This document shows positions 38,881-47,949 of a DNA stretch of 64,000 bases, piece after piece. Positions within the stretch are counted from its first letter, which is position 1. Each line of letters opens with the position of its first letter. The notes below the pieces were generated by a model. It was not told where the DNA came from and did not search any database. It worked only from the letters and a program-made list of their open reading frames with translations. Source of the stretch: Candidatus Aldehydirespirator sp. (lineage in GTDB: Bacteria; Actinomycetota; Acidimicrobiia; Acidimicrobiales; Aldehydirespiratoraceae); the NCBI GenBank assembly GCA_965205155.1, contig OZ242033.1, forward strand, positions 1,460,590 to 1,524,589, written 5' to 3'. Both the position numbers and the translations under genes were made by a program.

Positions 38881-39744
38881 GTGCCGGAGCTGCCGGAGAT
38901 CGCAGCCCACGCCGAGCGATTGTCGGCTGCGTTCGCGGGGATCCCGCTGGCCCGGTTCGAGCCGCTGCACCCGGCCGTGCTCAAGACCTTCGACCCCAGG
39001 CCGGCCGCGGCCGCGGGCAGGGCGCTCCTGAGGGTGGGCCACCGGGGCAAGTACCTGCTGCTGCACTTCGGAGAGGACGGCAGCGAGCACGATGGTTCGA
39101 GCCTGGTGTTCGCGGTCCATCTCATGCAGGCCGGACGGCTGCGCCGCGACACCAAGAAGGTCCGCAAGCCCCGCGGCGGCATGGCCCGCTGGACCTTCGC
39201 CGACGACTCGGCGCTGCTGCTCACCGAGGCCGGTACCGAACGCCGGGCAGGAGTGTGGCTGATCGCCGGTGACCCGGCCTCCGTCGAGCCACTGGCACGT
39301 CTCGGCCCCGACGCCGACTCGATCAGCCGCGACGAGCTCGCTCGACGCCTGGCTGCAGCCAGCGAGCGCGTGCACGGCTTCCTGCGCGACCAGTCGCATC
39401 TGGCCGGGGTAGGCCGTCTGCTGGCCAACGAGATACTGCACTCGGCCAAGGTCTCGCCCTTCGCCAACACAGCGCGCCTCGACGTCGACGCCGTGGACCG
39501 CCTTCACGCTGCCATCAACACATCCATCACGCGGGGCTTGGCTGCAGAGCGTGCCCTAGAAGACATGGGCCGTTCCGAGGACCGCCCGAATGACGTGCAC
39601 CACCGGGTGGGCCAGCCGTGCCCGGCATGCGAGGACACGGTGCGCTCGGTGGAGTACCGCCGCTACCGGGTGGCCTACTGCCCGACCTGCCAGACGGGCG
39701 GCAAGGTGCTGGCCGACAACACCACCAGCCGCTTCCTGAAGTAA
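38881..39744 (+). CDS. Fpg/Nei-family DNA glycosylase/AP lyase
   Basis: GTG start giving (M)PELPEI, the catalytic N-terminal Pro-Glu. H2TH region is LLANEILHSAKVSP. The C-terminal zinc finger is CPACEDT...YCPTCQ. Confidence 0.8.
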   Translation: MPELPEIAAHAERLSAAFAGIPLARFEPLHPAVLKTFDPRPAAAAGRALLRVGHRGKYLLLHFGEDGSEHDGSSLVFAVHLMQAGRLRRDTKKVRKPRGGMARWTFADDSALLLTEAGTERRAGVWLIAGDPASVEPLARLGPDADSISRDELARRLAAASERVHGFLRDQSHLAGVGRLLANEILHSAKVSPFANTARLDVDAVDRLHAAINTSITRGLAAERALEDMGRSEDRPNDVHHRVGQPCPACEDTVRSVEYRRYRVAYCPTCQTGGKVLADNTTSRFLK

Positions 39745-39767
39745 GAGGCCGAGCGGATAGGGGCTCG

Positions 39768-40169
39768 TCAGGCCGCCCCGGCCAGGACGGCACCAATAGC
39801 CTCCATGGCCGGGCGGGCCGCGAGCAGCAGCCGAGGATCGCCGCTGAACCGCAGCCGCCCCTCGGCGAAGGCGCGTTGGGCGGATCCGCCCCCGATCGCG
39901 ATCGCTCGAGCCGTGTCGCGATCCGAAGCCAGCGTCACGACCGGTTGACCGTGCGCCTCGCCCGCGCGCCCGACCGCGGCCGACACCCGACCCGAGGCGA
40001 TACGCACATGCCAGCAGAAGACGGAGGCGTCATCGCCGGAAGCGTGGTACTCCAGCACCAAACCGACCGTGCCGTCGACACGGCACTCCGACAGGGCGGC
40101 GTCGAGCCAGTCCACCCACTCGTCAGAAGGGAACACGGGCATGTCGGCGGGAGTCCGCTCGGCGGTCAT
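39768..40169 (-). CDS. SCP2 sterol-binding-domain protein
   Basis: 133 aa. The C-terminal AFAEGRLRFSGDPRLLL resembles the SCP2 family signature. Small-domain call from memory. Confidence 0.5.
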   Translation of the reverse strand: MTAERTPADMPVFPSDEWVDWLDAALSECRVDGTVGLVLEYHASGDDASVFCWHVRIASGRVSAAVGRAGEAHGQPVVTLASDRDTARAIAIGGGSAQRAFAEGRLRFSGDPRLLLAARPAMEAIGAVLAGAA

Positions 40170-40206
40170 CGACGACGCACACTACCGGCGCTCGTAACCT
40201 GACTTC

Positions 40207-41703
40207 ATGTCCCGTCCGAGCACCGGTGATCTGATAGCCGGAGTTTCGGTCGCGCTTGTCGCCATCCCGCAGTCGCTGGCCTATGCCGAGCTAGCCGGAC
40301 TCCCGCCCCACTTCGGCCTCTACGCGACAGCGCTGCCGCTGTTGCTGGCCGCGTTCTTCGTGTCGTCGCGGTACGTGCAGACCGGACCGGTGGCGCTCAC
40401 CGCTCTGCTCACCTTCGGGGCACTGTCCGGGGTGGCTGAGCCCGGCGAAGCCGACTACATCCGGAGCGCGGCGATGCTTGCCCTGCTCGTGGGCCTCATA
40501 CGGCTGTTGCTCGGGATGGTTCGCATGGGCAGGGTGGCCTACCTGCTGTCGGAGCCGGTCGTCACCGGTTTCACCGCAGGTGCGGCGGTGGTGATCATGG
40601 CCTCGCAGCTCCCCAAGATCTTCGACGTCGACCCCGACGGGGAGGTCCTGGTGGCGGCGCTGCGGGCCCTGAATCAGCCCGACGAATGGCGCTGGTCGGC
40701 CATCGCCTTCGCGGCGGCGACAGTGGTACTGATGCTCGGTGGCCGTCACATCCACCGGCTTTTCCCCGGTGTGCTGGTGGCAGTCATCGCGGGTGTGATA
40801 GTGGCCGGCGCTAGCGGCTACGAGGGCACGAGAGTCGGTGACCTCGACGGCGGCTTCATACCCCTGACCCTCGACTTCGCGTGGTCGGCGGCACCCAGCC
40901 TGCTGCTGCCCGCGGTTGTGATCGCCCTGGTGGGCTTCGCGGAGACGGCCGCCATCGCCCGCACATACGCGGCGGCCGATCGCCTTGCGTGGAACGCCAA
41001 CCGCGAGATGGTGAGCCAGGGCGTCGCCAACCTCGCCTCCGCGGTGGCGGGCGCCTTCCCTGTGGACGGCTCGTTCTCGCGCACCTCGCTCAACCGGCTG
41101 GCCGGCGCCACCAGCGCCTGGTCGGGAGCGATCACCGGAGCGTTCGTGCTGATCGTGTTGCCGCTCGCCTTCCTGCTGGAGGATCTCCCCACCGCGGTGC
41201 TCGGTGTCATCGTGATCGTCGTCGTGCTGAGTCTGGTCGATGTCAAGGAGATGGTCCGCCTGCCGCGGGGCTCGTTCCCCCAGTCCCTGGTGGGGGCAGG
41301 AACCACTGTCTCCACCATCGCCTTCGCACCGCGGGTTGAGCGTGGTGTCCTGGTGGGGATTGGCTTGGCGATCGCCGTGCACCTCTATCGCGAACTGCAG
41401 GTCGCCGCGCCCGGGGAGCGTGATGGCGACACGCTCATCGTCCGGCCCAAGGGGGTGATCTGGTTCGCTACGGTGCCTCAGTTGGAGCGGGTCGTGCGTG
41501 AGGAGTTGGCCGGCCATTCGGACATCGCCTCGGTCGTTGTGGACCTGACCGGGGTGGGCAGGCTCGACTACTCCGGTGCCGTGACGCTGCGTCGCATTGT
41601 GGAGAGGATCTCGGCCGGCGGTGTGAAGGTCTCTGTGGCCGGCATTCCTCCCAGCGCGTCCGGGGCGGCGCGCGCCGAACTGGAGAACTACGAATCTCCC
41701 TGA
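40207..41703 (+). CDS. SulP-family anion transporter with C-terminal STAS domain
   Basis: IAGVSVALVAIPQSLAYAELAGLPPHFGLY is the SulP signature. There are multiple TM segments, and the C-terminal about 110 aa are STAS-like (VVDLTGVGRLDYSGAVTL). Confidence 0.85.
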   Translation: MSRPSTGDLIAGVSVALVAIPQSLAYAELAGLPPHFGLYATALPLLLAAFFVSSRYVQTGPVALTALLTFGALSGVAEPGEADYIRSAAMLALLVGLIRLLLGMVRMGRVAYLLSEPVVTGFTAGAAVVIMASQLPKIFDVDPDGEVLVAALRALNQPDEWRWSAIAFAAATVVLMLGGRHIHRLFPGVLVAVIAGVIVAGASGYEGTRVGDLDGGFIPLTLDFAWSAAPSLLLPAVVIALVGFAETAAIARTYAAADRLAWNANREMVSQGVANLASAVAGAFPVDGSFSRTSLNRLAGATSAWSGAITGAFVLIVLPLAFLLEDLPTAVLGVIVIVVVLSLVDVKEMVRLPRGSFPQSLVGAGTTVSTIAFAPRVERGVLVGIGLAIAVHLYRELQVAAPGERDGDTLIVRPKGVIWFATVPQLERVVREELAGHSDIASVVVDLTGVGRLDYSGAVTLRRIVERISAGGVKVSVAGIPPSASGAARAELENYESP

Positions 41704-41718
41704 CGCCAGAATCCCCTA

Positions 41719-42744
41719 GTGTTGAGTGCGATGACCGAGGCGGCCGCCTCCCCGTCGCACGAGGAGCTGGTGGCGACCATGACCGGGGGCATGGCCCGCT
41801 CCGGCCTGCCCGCCTTCGAGGGTTCGGAGCGCCTGCGCCCCGACGGTCGGCCCCGCCCGGAGTTCCGTGACCAACTGCGACGGATCCCCGACACCCTCAA
41901 CGCGTTGACGGTGGTGGCGACGCTCGCCGCGGCGGTGGCACTGGTCGCGGCTGTCATCGCACTCGACCACTGGCCGGCCACAGCCGTCGCGGTGCCGGTC
42001 ATGGGAATCGTGATGCTGCGGATGTTCATCCTGCACCATGAGGCGGCCCACCGCCTGCTGTTCTCCAACCGCCTCGCCAACGACATTGTGGGCGTCAACA
42101 TCCTGGGGTGGCTGCCCTTCGGCACCGGCACTCACCACTACCGGCGGGGCCATGTGAACCACCACCGCGACGAGTTCGGCCCCAAGGAGCCCGACTTCCT
42201 GCTGTACTCCTTCTACCCGGTGCCGCGGGACTCGATGCGTCGCAAACTCTTGCGGGACCTCTTCGGCGTGTCGGGCTACCGGATCGTCAAGCCCCGCTTC
42301 ACAGGACTCGTGCGGCCCCCGTTCCTGGTGTTGAGCCTGCGGTTCTTCGCCGGGCAGGCGCTGGTGTTCGGCGCCTTCTGGGTTGCCGGTCACCCGTGGC
42401 TCTACCTGGTGCTGTGGGTGTTGCCCTACTTCACCTACTACCAGGTGGTCAACCGTCTGCGGGCCATAGCCGAGCACGGCGGGATGACGCGCACGCCCGA
42501 CCGCCGCAACACCACCCACCACGTTCGCCAGAGCGCCGCGGCCCGCCTGTTGCTGGTGCCCTACAACGTGGGCTACCACCTGGCCCACCATGTGGACTCA
42601 GGTATCCCGGCCCGCAACCTCCCCAGGCTGCAGAAGGCCCTGGAGGAGGACGGCTACCTGCCTGCCGAAGCGATCTGGCCCAGCTACCGGTCGCTGTGGC
42701 AGGCCCTGGTGCGGTCGGAGCCCGAGCCAGCCGGGGCGGCCTGA
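41719..42744 (+). CDS. membrane fatty-acid desaturase family
   Basis: Three His boxes: HHEAAH, HVNHHR and LAHHVD. Hydrophobic helices lie between them. Confidence 0.8.
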   Translation: MLSAMTEAAASPSHEELVATMTGGMARSGLPAFEGSERLRPDGRPRPEFRDQLRRIPDTLNALTVVATLAAAVALVAAVIALDHWPATAVAVPVMGIVMLRMFILHHEAAHRLLFSNRLANDIVGVNILGWLPFGTGTHHYRRGHVNHHRDEFGPKEPDFLLYSFYPVPRDSMRRKLLRDLFGVSGYRIVKPRFTGLVRPPFLVLSLRFFAGQALVFGAFWVAGHPWLYLVLWVLPYFTYYQVVNRLRAIAEHGGMTRTPDRRNTTHHVRQSAAARLLLVPYNVGYHLAHHVDSGIPARNLPRLQKALEEDGYLPAEAIWPSYRSLWQALVRSEPEPAGAA

Positions 42745-42765
42745 TCTCCGGCTCGGCTCGGCCTC

Positions 42766-43161
42766 TCAGAACGAGAAGCCGTCCAGAACCTGCTTGAGGG
42801 CCTCGGTGTCCTCGGAGCCGAGCACGACCCTCGAGTTGGTGGCCACGTAGACGATGTCGAGGTTGATGCCGGCGCTCGAGACCATCCGGGCCAGCTCGGC
42901 CAGCTCACCCGGCCGGTCCTTGGCCTGGACCACCACCACCTCGCGCTCGCGGGTGACGGTCGGTCCTTGCGTGTTGGCCAGCGCCCGGTACACCGGCTCG
43001 CTGTGGGGCACGAGGATGTGAAGCTCGGCCGATTGGCCGTTGCCCATGCAGGTTGCCGCCGCGATGTTCACGCCCGCGTCGCTGATCGCGGTGGCCACTT
43101 TGGCCAGCGCTCCCGGTTTGTTCTCCAATTCGATCACCAGGTCGCTGGCCAGAGTTGACAT
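42766..43161 (-). CDS. tandem ACT-domain protein
   Basis: 131 aa from ATG 43161 (after GAGGAGGG). Two ACT-like units: LVIELENKPGALAKVATAISDAGVNI and VVVVQAKDRPGELAELARMVSSAGINL. The 294-aa track ORF is an artefactual 5' extension across the next gene. Confidence 0.7.
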   Translation of the reverse strand: MSTLASDLVIELENKPGALAKVATAISDAGVNIAAATCMGNGQSAELHILVPHSEPVYRALANTQGPTVTREREVVVVQAKDRPGELAELARMVSSAGINLDIVYVATNSRVVLGSEDTEALKQVLDGFSF

Positions 43162-43261
43162 GAGAGCGGATCCCTCCTCGGGTTGTGGAGCCCGGTGCGC
43201 TCGCCCGGGCGGGTAGGGAACGGACTGTAGAGCACAACCGTGCCGCTGTGAAGCCCGGTCA

Positions 43262-43777
43262 TCAGGACCCGGTGAGAAGGCGAAGCGTGGGCTCGACAGC
43301 AGCGTCGGCCCGGACCATGACCGCGGCCTCATCGATTCCGCCCAGCGGGTGGTCGACGGCCACGATCCGCAGATCGGGCACCCCGAGGGTCTGGGCCACT
43401 CCGGTGGCCAGTGTCCGGAAGCTGGTCGTCGCCAACAGGACGGTGGGCGTGCCGGCCGACTCGAGGTTGACGGAGTCGTGGACACTCCACGACGTGCAAC
43501 TTCCTCAATCGGCTGAGCCGGTGAGTACCACCTCTGCCTCCGCCAGGCGGGCCAGCAGGTCGTCAGGTGCGGGCAGGGCGGCGTTCTTGCGTTCCACGAC
43601 CTCCACCCTCGCGCCGGTGCGAGCCGCGAGCTGTTCCGCCACACGGCCAAGCAACAGGCCGGCGTTCGGCTTGGAGTTGTCGAGAATCCCGATGCGCTTG
43701 CCGGCCATCACCGGCTCGGACGGCGCGAGGCCAGCGGCCGACGGTCCGACCGCTCCCTCAGGTGCGTAGATCTTCAT
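43262..43777 (-). CDS. UGSC-motif selenoprotein candidate (171 aa with Sec at codon 91; in-frame TGA at plus 43505-43507)
   Basis: Track ORF 43505..43777 ends ...VVLTGSAD-TGA. The same frame continues for 80 sense codons (GSCTSWSVHDSVNLESAGTPTVLLATTSF...HPLGGIDEAAV...LLTGS) to TGA at 43262-43264, with strong GC3 bias. The motif is D-U-G-S-C. A SECIS-like hairpin lies 11 nt downstream of the TGA. ATG 43777 follows GGAG. Confidence 0.7.
43475..43493 (-). promoter_or_regulatory. SECIS-like stem-loop downstream of the in-frame UGA
   Basis: mRNA: UGA-GGAAGUUGCAC-GUCGUGGA-GUG-UCCACGAC. This is an 8-bp perfect stem, a G/U-containing apical loop about 20 nt after the UGA, and 11-nt spacing. Confidence 0.55.
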
Positions 43778-43816
43778 CGGCGGACTCCATTCTCGCTCAC
43801 AGGGGCAGACATGGGC

Positions 43817-44929
43817 TCAAGCCTCCACGGCCACGGTGGCGCTTCGGGTCATGCCCCAGCTCGGGATGACCGAGCTGTGCTTGCCCGGTCCTCCGACGAC
43901 GACGATCCTGATGTTGCCGGGATGCTCCGTGATGGGCAGGGGCTCGTCGTCGCCCACAGCCTCCTGCCAGGGCGCCCACGCCCGTAGCGCGAAGGCGGCC
44001 CGCAGGTCGCCGGCGCGCAGGCGGGCCCGCTCGTGCAGGTAGGACGCCACATGGCTGCGGGTCCAGCCCGCGGCCGCGCAGGCCGAGGCGTGCTCGGGGC
44101 ACATCATCACGAAGAACTCGGCTCCGCTGACGGGCGCGTTGTTGGATCCCAGCGAGGCCATGGCCGAGGCCGCCTTGTCGAGGATGGCCGCCGGCTCGCT
44201 CGACTCCATGTCGTGGAAGTTGTGGGGCGCCTCGCCGCAGTGCACCGTGACCGCGGAGGGCGCGTCCACACCGACACTGGCTGCGTAGCCTCCCCAGGGC
44301 GACTCGGCCAGGTTCTCGGCCACGCAGTAGGTGTACTTAGCCGGCCCGCCCTGGGTGGAGGCATCGCCCGAACCGGGGACCGCGCCAGCGACGTGAAGCA
44401 GCAGCAGGCGCAGCGCCCGGCCGGTGGCTGCGTTGGCCAGATTCCCGGGGCCGAAGGCGCCGAGCCCGGCGTTGTAGCCGGCGGTTCGGGCGATCTCGCC
44501 GTGCACGATGAGCAGTGGCGCCACTGGATGAGTGGTGGCGTTGACGCCTCGCAGGTTGACCTCCGGCCGGGCGAGAGCCCTCACCCCGGCAACGAGAACG
44601 GGCAGATGCTCGGGGCGGCAGCCGGCCAGCACCGCGTTGACCGCGATCACGCGCCGGGTGGCCACCCCGGACCGGGGCGGCAGGGTGGCTACGGGCTCGT
44701 CGGGGTCGCCGAGACTGCCGGCCAGCATGGCGTCGACCCGCTCGGGCGTGGGGGCCATCAGCGGCAGCCCGTCACCCCAGCCGCGCTCCGCGTAGCAGTC
44801 CCGGACCGCCTCGGGGTCGTCGGATGCCACGTCGAGCATCTCCAGCGGGTCTGCCACGAGCCCCAGTCTGCTGGCTGCTGGACGTTCCTGCTCCAGGTGG
44901 GCGTGTGAGCCGGTCAATGGGGAGCGCAT
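43817..44929 (-). CDS. conserved-looking hypothetical protein (370 aa), directly upstream of the UGSC gene
   Basis: Strong GC3 coding bias and no motif I can assign (ERGWGDGLPLMAPTPERV near the N-terminus). A 39-nt gap separates it from the UGSC gene start. The start is uncertain: ATG 44929 or downstream. Confidence 0.6.
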   Translation of the reverse strand: MRSPLTGSHAHLEQERPAASRLGLVADPLEMLDVASDDPEAVRDCYAERGWGDGLPLMAPTPERVDAMLAGSLGDPDEPVATLPPRSGVATRRVIAVNAVLAGCRPEHLPVLVAGVRALARPEVNLRGVNATTHPVAPLLIVHGEIARTAGYNAGLGAFGPGNLANAATGRALRLLLLHVAGAVPGSGDASTQGGPAKYTYCVAENLAESPWGGYAASVGVDAPSAVTVHCGEAPHNFHDMESSEPAAILDKAASAMASLGSNNAPVSGAEFFVMMCPEHASACAAAGWTRSHVASYLHERARLRAGDLRAAFALRAWAPWQEAVGDDEPLPITEHPGNIRIVVVGGPGKHSSVIPSWGMTRSATVAVEA

Positions 44930-45042
44930 CGCTTCCCGGCAAGACGGGTACGAGCTGGTATTTCACTACATGAAAGATAACGATAGAGATACACATGGTG
45001 CATCGGCGCGAAGGGTGATCGACGTTGCACTAGCCTGCGGAT

Positions 45043-46578
45043 ATGAGCACCGAGCGTCGACGCCGGCGGCCGCGACAGGCCGCGGTCACCGAGCCGGGCG
45101 GTCCTGTCCAGCCGCCGTGGCGGCTGCATGAGCGACGGTTCGATCCGACACCGATCGTCAGTGACGACGAGTTGGAGGCAATCCACGCCGCGTCGCTGAC
45201 CGTGCTTCGCGACACCGGAATGGAGTTCCTGCATCCGACGGCTCGGCGGATGTGGGCCGAGGCCGGGGCCAAGGTCGACGGGGATCGGGTGCGCTTCGAC
45301 CCGGAGATGGTCACCGAACTGGTGGCCACCGCGCCCGGCGAGTTCGTGCTGCACGCCCCCGACCCGTCCCGCCATCTGCCGATGGGTGGGCGCAGCGTGG
45401 CCTTTGGTTCGGTGGCCAGCCCTCCGAACGCGGCCGACCGGGCCGGCGGCCGGCGCACCGGCAACCGGGAGGACTTCCGGAGGCTGGTGATGCTCAGCGA
45501 GGTGCTCAACGCGGTCGGTTTCCAGGGTGGCTATCCGGTCGAGCCGGTGGACGTGCACGCATCGGTACGCCATCTGGTGGCTACCCGCGATCTGCTGACG
45601 CTGACCGGCAAGGCTCTTCACTGTTACTCACTCGGGGCTCGGCGCAACCTTGACTGCCTGGAGATGGTGCGCATCGTGCGCGGCGTCAGCGATGAGGAGC
45701 TGGAGGCGCAGCCGTCGATCTTCACCGTGGTGAACTGCAACTCGCCGCTGCGTCTCGACACGCCCATGCTTGAGGGGATCCTCCAGTACTCGGCTCGCAA
45801 CCAGGTGGTGGCGGTCACCCCGTTCACGCTGGCCGGGGCGATGGCGCCGGTCACGGTGGCCGGCGCGGTGGTGCAGCAGAACGCCGAGGCCCTGGCCGGC
45901 ATCGCCTTCTGCCAACTGGTGAGGCCGGGTTCGCCGGTGATCTATGGAGGATTCACCTCCAACGTCGACATGCAGTCGGGCGCCCCCGCCTTCGGCACCC
46001 CCGAGTACATGCAGGCGGTTCTGCTCGGGGGCCAGCTCGCTCGCCGGTACGGCGTCCCCTACCGGTCCTCCAACGTCTGCGCGGCCAACGCGGTGGACGC
46101 CCAGGCCGCCTACGAGAGCGTGTTCTCGCTGTGGGCGGTGGTGACGGGCGGCGCCCACATGGTGATGCACGGGGCGGGGTGGATGGAGGGCGGGCTGCAG
46201 GCCTGCTACGAGAAGATGGTCATCGACGCCGACATGATCGGCATGGTGGGGGAGTTCCTGCGGCCGCTGGCCACCGACGCCGACTCTCTGGCGGTGGAGG
46301 CCATCGCCGAGGTCGGCCCGGGCGGGCACTTCTTCGGCACCGCCCACACCCTGGCCCGCTACCGGGACGCGTTCTTCAAGCCGATGGTGTCGGACTGGCG
46401 CAACTACGAGACCTGGGTCGAGGCCGGCTCGCCCACCGCCCTGGACCATGCCGAGCGCCTGGTGGGCGAGCTCCTGGCTGCCTACGAGCCCCCACGGCTG
46501 GCCGATGACGTCCGGGCCGAACTCGACGACTTCACCGACCGGCGCATAGCCGAGGGCGGTGTCGAAACCGACTTCTAG
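45043..46578 (+). CDS. MttB-superfamily methyltransferase (trimethylamine methyltransferase family, non-pyrrolysine type)
   Basis: 511 aa. Arg-rich N-terminus followed by SDDELEAIHAASLTVLRDTGMEF. TIM-barrel blocks include VNCNSPL, FTLAGAMAPVT and GAPAFGTPEY. There is no in-frame TAG. Confidence 0.75.
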   Translation: MSTERRRRRPRQAAVTEPGGPVQPPWRLHERRFDPTPIVSDDELEAIHAASLTVLRDTGMEFLHPTARRMWAEAGAKVDGDRVRFDPEMVTELVATAPGEFVLHAPDPSRHLPMGGRSVAFGSVASPPNAADRAGGRRTGNREDFRRLVMLSEVLNAVGFQGGYPVEPVDVHASVRHLVATRDLLTLTGKALHCYSLGARRNLDCLEMVRIVRGVSDEELEAQPSIFTVVNCNSPLRLDTPMLEGILQYSARNQVVAVTPFTLAGAMAPVTVAGAVVQQNAEALAGIAFCQLVRPGSPVIYGGFTSNVDMQSGAPAFGTPEYMQAVLLGGQLARRYGVPYRSSNVCAANAVDAQAAYESVFSLWAVVTGGAHMVMHGAGWMEGGLQACYEKMVIDADMIGMVGEFLRPLATDADSLAVEAIAEVGPGGHFFGTAHTLARYRDAFFKPMVSDWRNYETWVEAGSPTALDHAERLVGELLAAYEPPRLADDVRAELDDFTDRRIAEGGVETDF

Positions 46579-46637
46579 AAGAGCCGGAGGGACCTTGAGC
46601 GTTGCGGTCGGGGAGCGGCGGTGGTGTACTTCGCGCC

Positions 46638-47918
46638 ATGGGGCATCCCTCCGGCGGCGGCTTGATCGACTTCACGTCCGAGGAATTCTGGTGTGCGACC
46701 CGCCGACCGCTGGATCAGGCGACCGGCCTCCCGCCCGTCGCCTACACCGGTGACGACTTCTTCGAGGTGGAGCAGCGCCGGCTGTTCGCCCGGGCCTGGG
46801 TGGCGGTGGCCTCCGCGGCCGAGGTGGCCGAGCCCGGGCGCCTGCTGGTGCGCTCTGTGGGCGGCACGTCGGTGCTCATCACTCGGGATCGCGACGGCGT
46901 TCTGAGGGGCTTCGTCAACTCGTGCCGCCACCGGGGAACGGAGCTCGCCGCCGAGGACTGCACCGTGTCGCGAATGATCCGGTGCCCCTACCACCGCTGG
47001 GGGTACTCCCTCGACGGCTCGCTGGTGGCGTCCCCCCTGTTCGACGAGGTGCCGCGCCCGGACTTCGACCCGGCCGAGCTGTCGCTGCTGCCGGTGCGAG
47101 TGGAGGCCTGGGGCTTGGATGTGTTCGTCTGCCTGGACGAGACCACACCGCCGCTGGCCGAGTGGCTGGGCGACCTGCCCGAGCGCATGGCCGGCTACGG
47201 CTTCGACGGCTGGGTCGTCCACGAGAAGAGCACATTCGACGTGGCCGCCAACTGGAAGCTGATCACCGAGAACTTCCAGGAGTACTACCACCTGGCCTGG
47301 GTCCACCCTGAGCTGGCCAAGGTGTCCCGGGTTCGGGACCACTACCGCTACCAGGGGCCGGGCCTGTACTGCGGCCAGACCACCACGCCGGTGTCGAGCG
47401 ACGAGCGCGACGACTGGTTGGTGCTGCCGAACGCGCCCGGGCTGGATTCGTCGGACAGCGTCAGCGGGCGGTTCGTGGCTGTGTTCCCCAACCTGACGCT
47501 GGCGGTGCTGCCCGGCCACGCCTTCGTGATCCGTCTCGAACCGCTGTCGTCGGGCACCACGCGAGAGCACTGCACTCTGCTGCTGCCGTCGTCCACGCCG
47601 GCCGAGAAGTACGGCGACGCCGCGGCCGAGACGCTCAAGTTCTGGATCGAGGTGAACAACGAGGACATCGACATCTGCGAGCGGTCCTACCGGGGGCTGG
47701 CGCGGGGCGCGGCCCCGCCCGGTCCGCTGTCACCGCGCTTCGAGGAGCCCCTGCACCGCTTCCAGAACATGGTGGCCGACTGCCTCACCGCCGATTCGCT
47801 CGCCGACGGGTTGAGAATCCCGCCCGGGGACGGTCCCGACGACGGTGCGCGCTACGGCTGCAAGCCGAACCCCGCTCTGCCCGCCATCGACGCTCGCCGG
47901 TGGTCGCTCTCTGACTGA
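46638..47918 (+). CDS. Rieske [2Fe-2S] oxygenase alpha subunit
   Basis: CRHRGTELA...CPYHRWGYSLDG Rieske motif and NWKLITENFQEYYHLAWVHPEL iron motif. Confidence 0.8.
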   Translation: MGHPSGGGLIDFTSEEFWCATRRPLDQATGLPPVAYTGDDFFEVEQRRLFARAWVAVASAAEVAEPGRLLVRSVGGTSVLITRDRDGVLRGFVNSCRHRGTELAAEDCTVSRMIRCPYHRWGYSLDGSLVASPLFDEVPRPDFDPAELSLLPVRVEAWGLDVFVCLDETTPPLAEWLGDLPERMAGYGFDGWVVHEKSTFDVAANWKLITENFQEYYHLAWVHPELAKVSRVRDHYRYQGPGLYCGQTTTPVSSDERDDWLVLPNAPGLDSSDSVSGRFVAVFPNLTLAVLPGHAFVIRLEPLSSGTTREHCTLLLPSSTPAEKYGDAAAETLKFWIEVNNEDIDICERSYRGLARGAAPPGPLSPRFEEPLHRFQNMVADCLTADSLADGLRIPPGDGPDDGARYGCKPNPALPAIDARRWSLSD

Positions 47919-47949
47919 TCGGCCCGATCCGACCGGTAGGAAGCCCCGA

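Noticed and set aside
43185-43769. 194-aa plus-strand ORF covering the UGSC locus
   Set aside because: It is antisense to the UGSC gene. Its translation is Ser/Ala/Arg/Thr-rich with no motif, while the minus strand has an SD-preceded ATG, family-like sequence and strong GC3 bias on both sides of the TGA.
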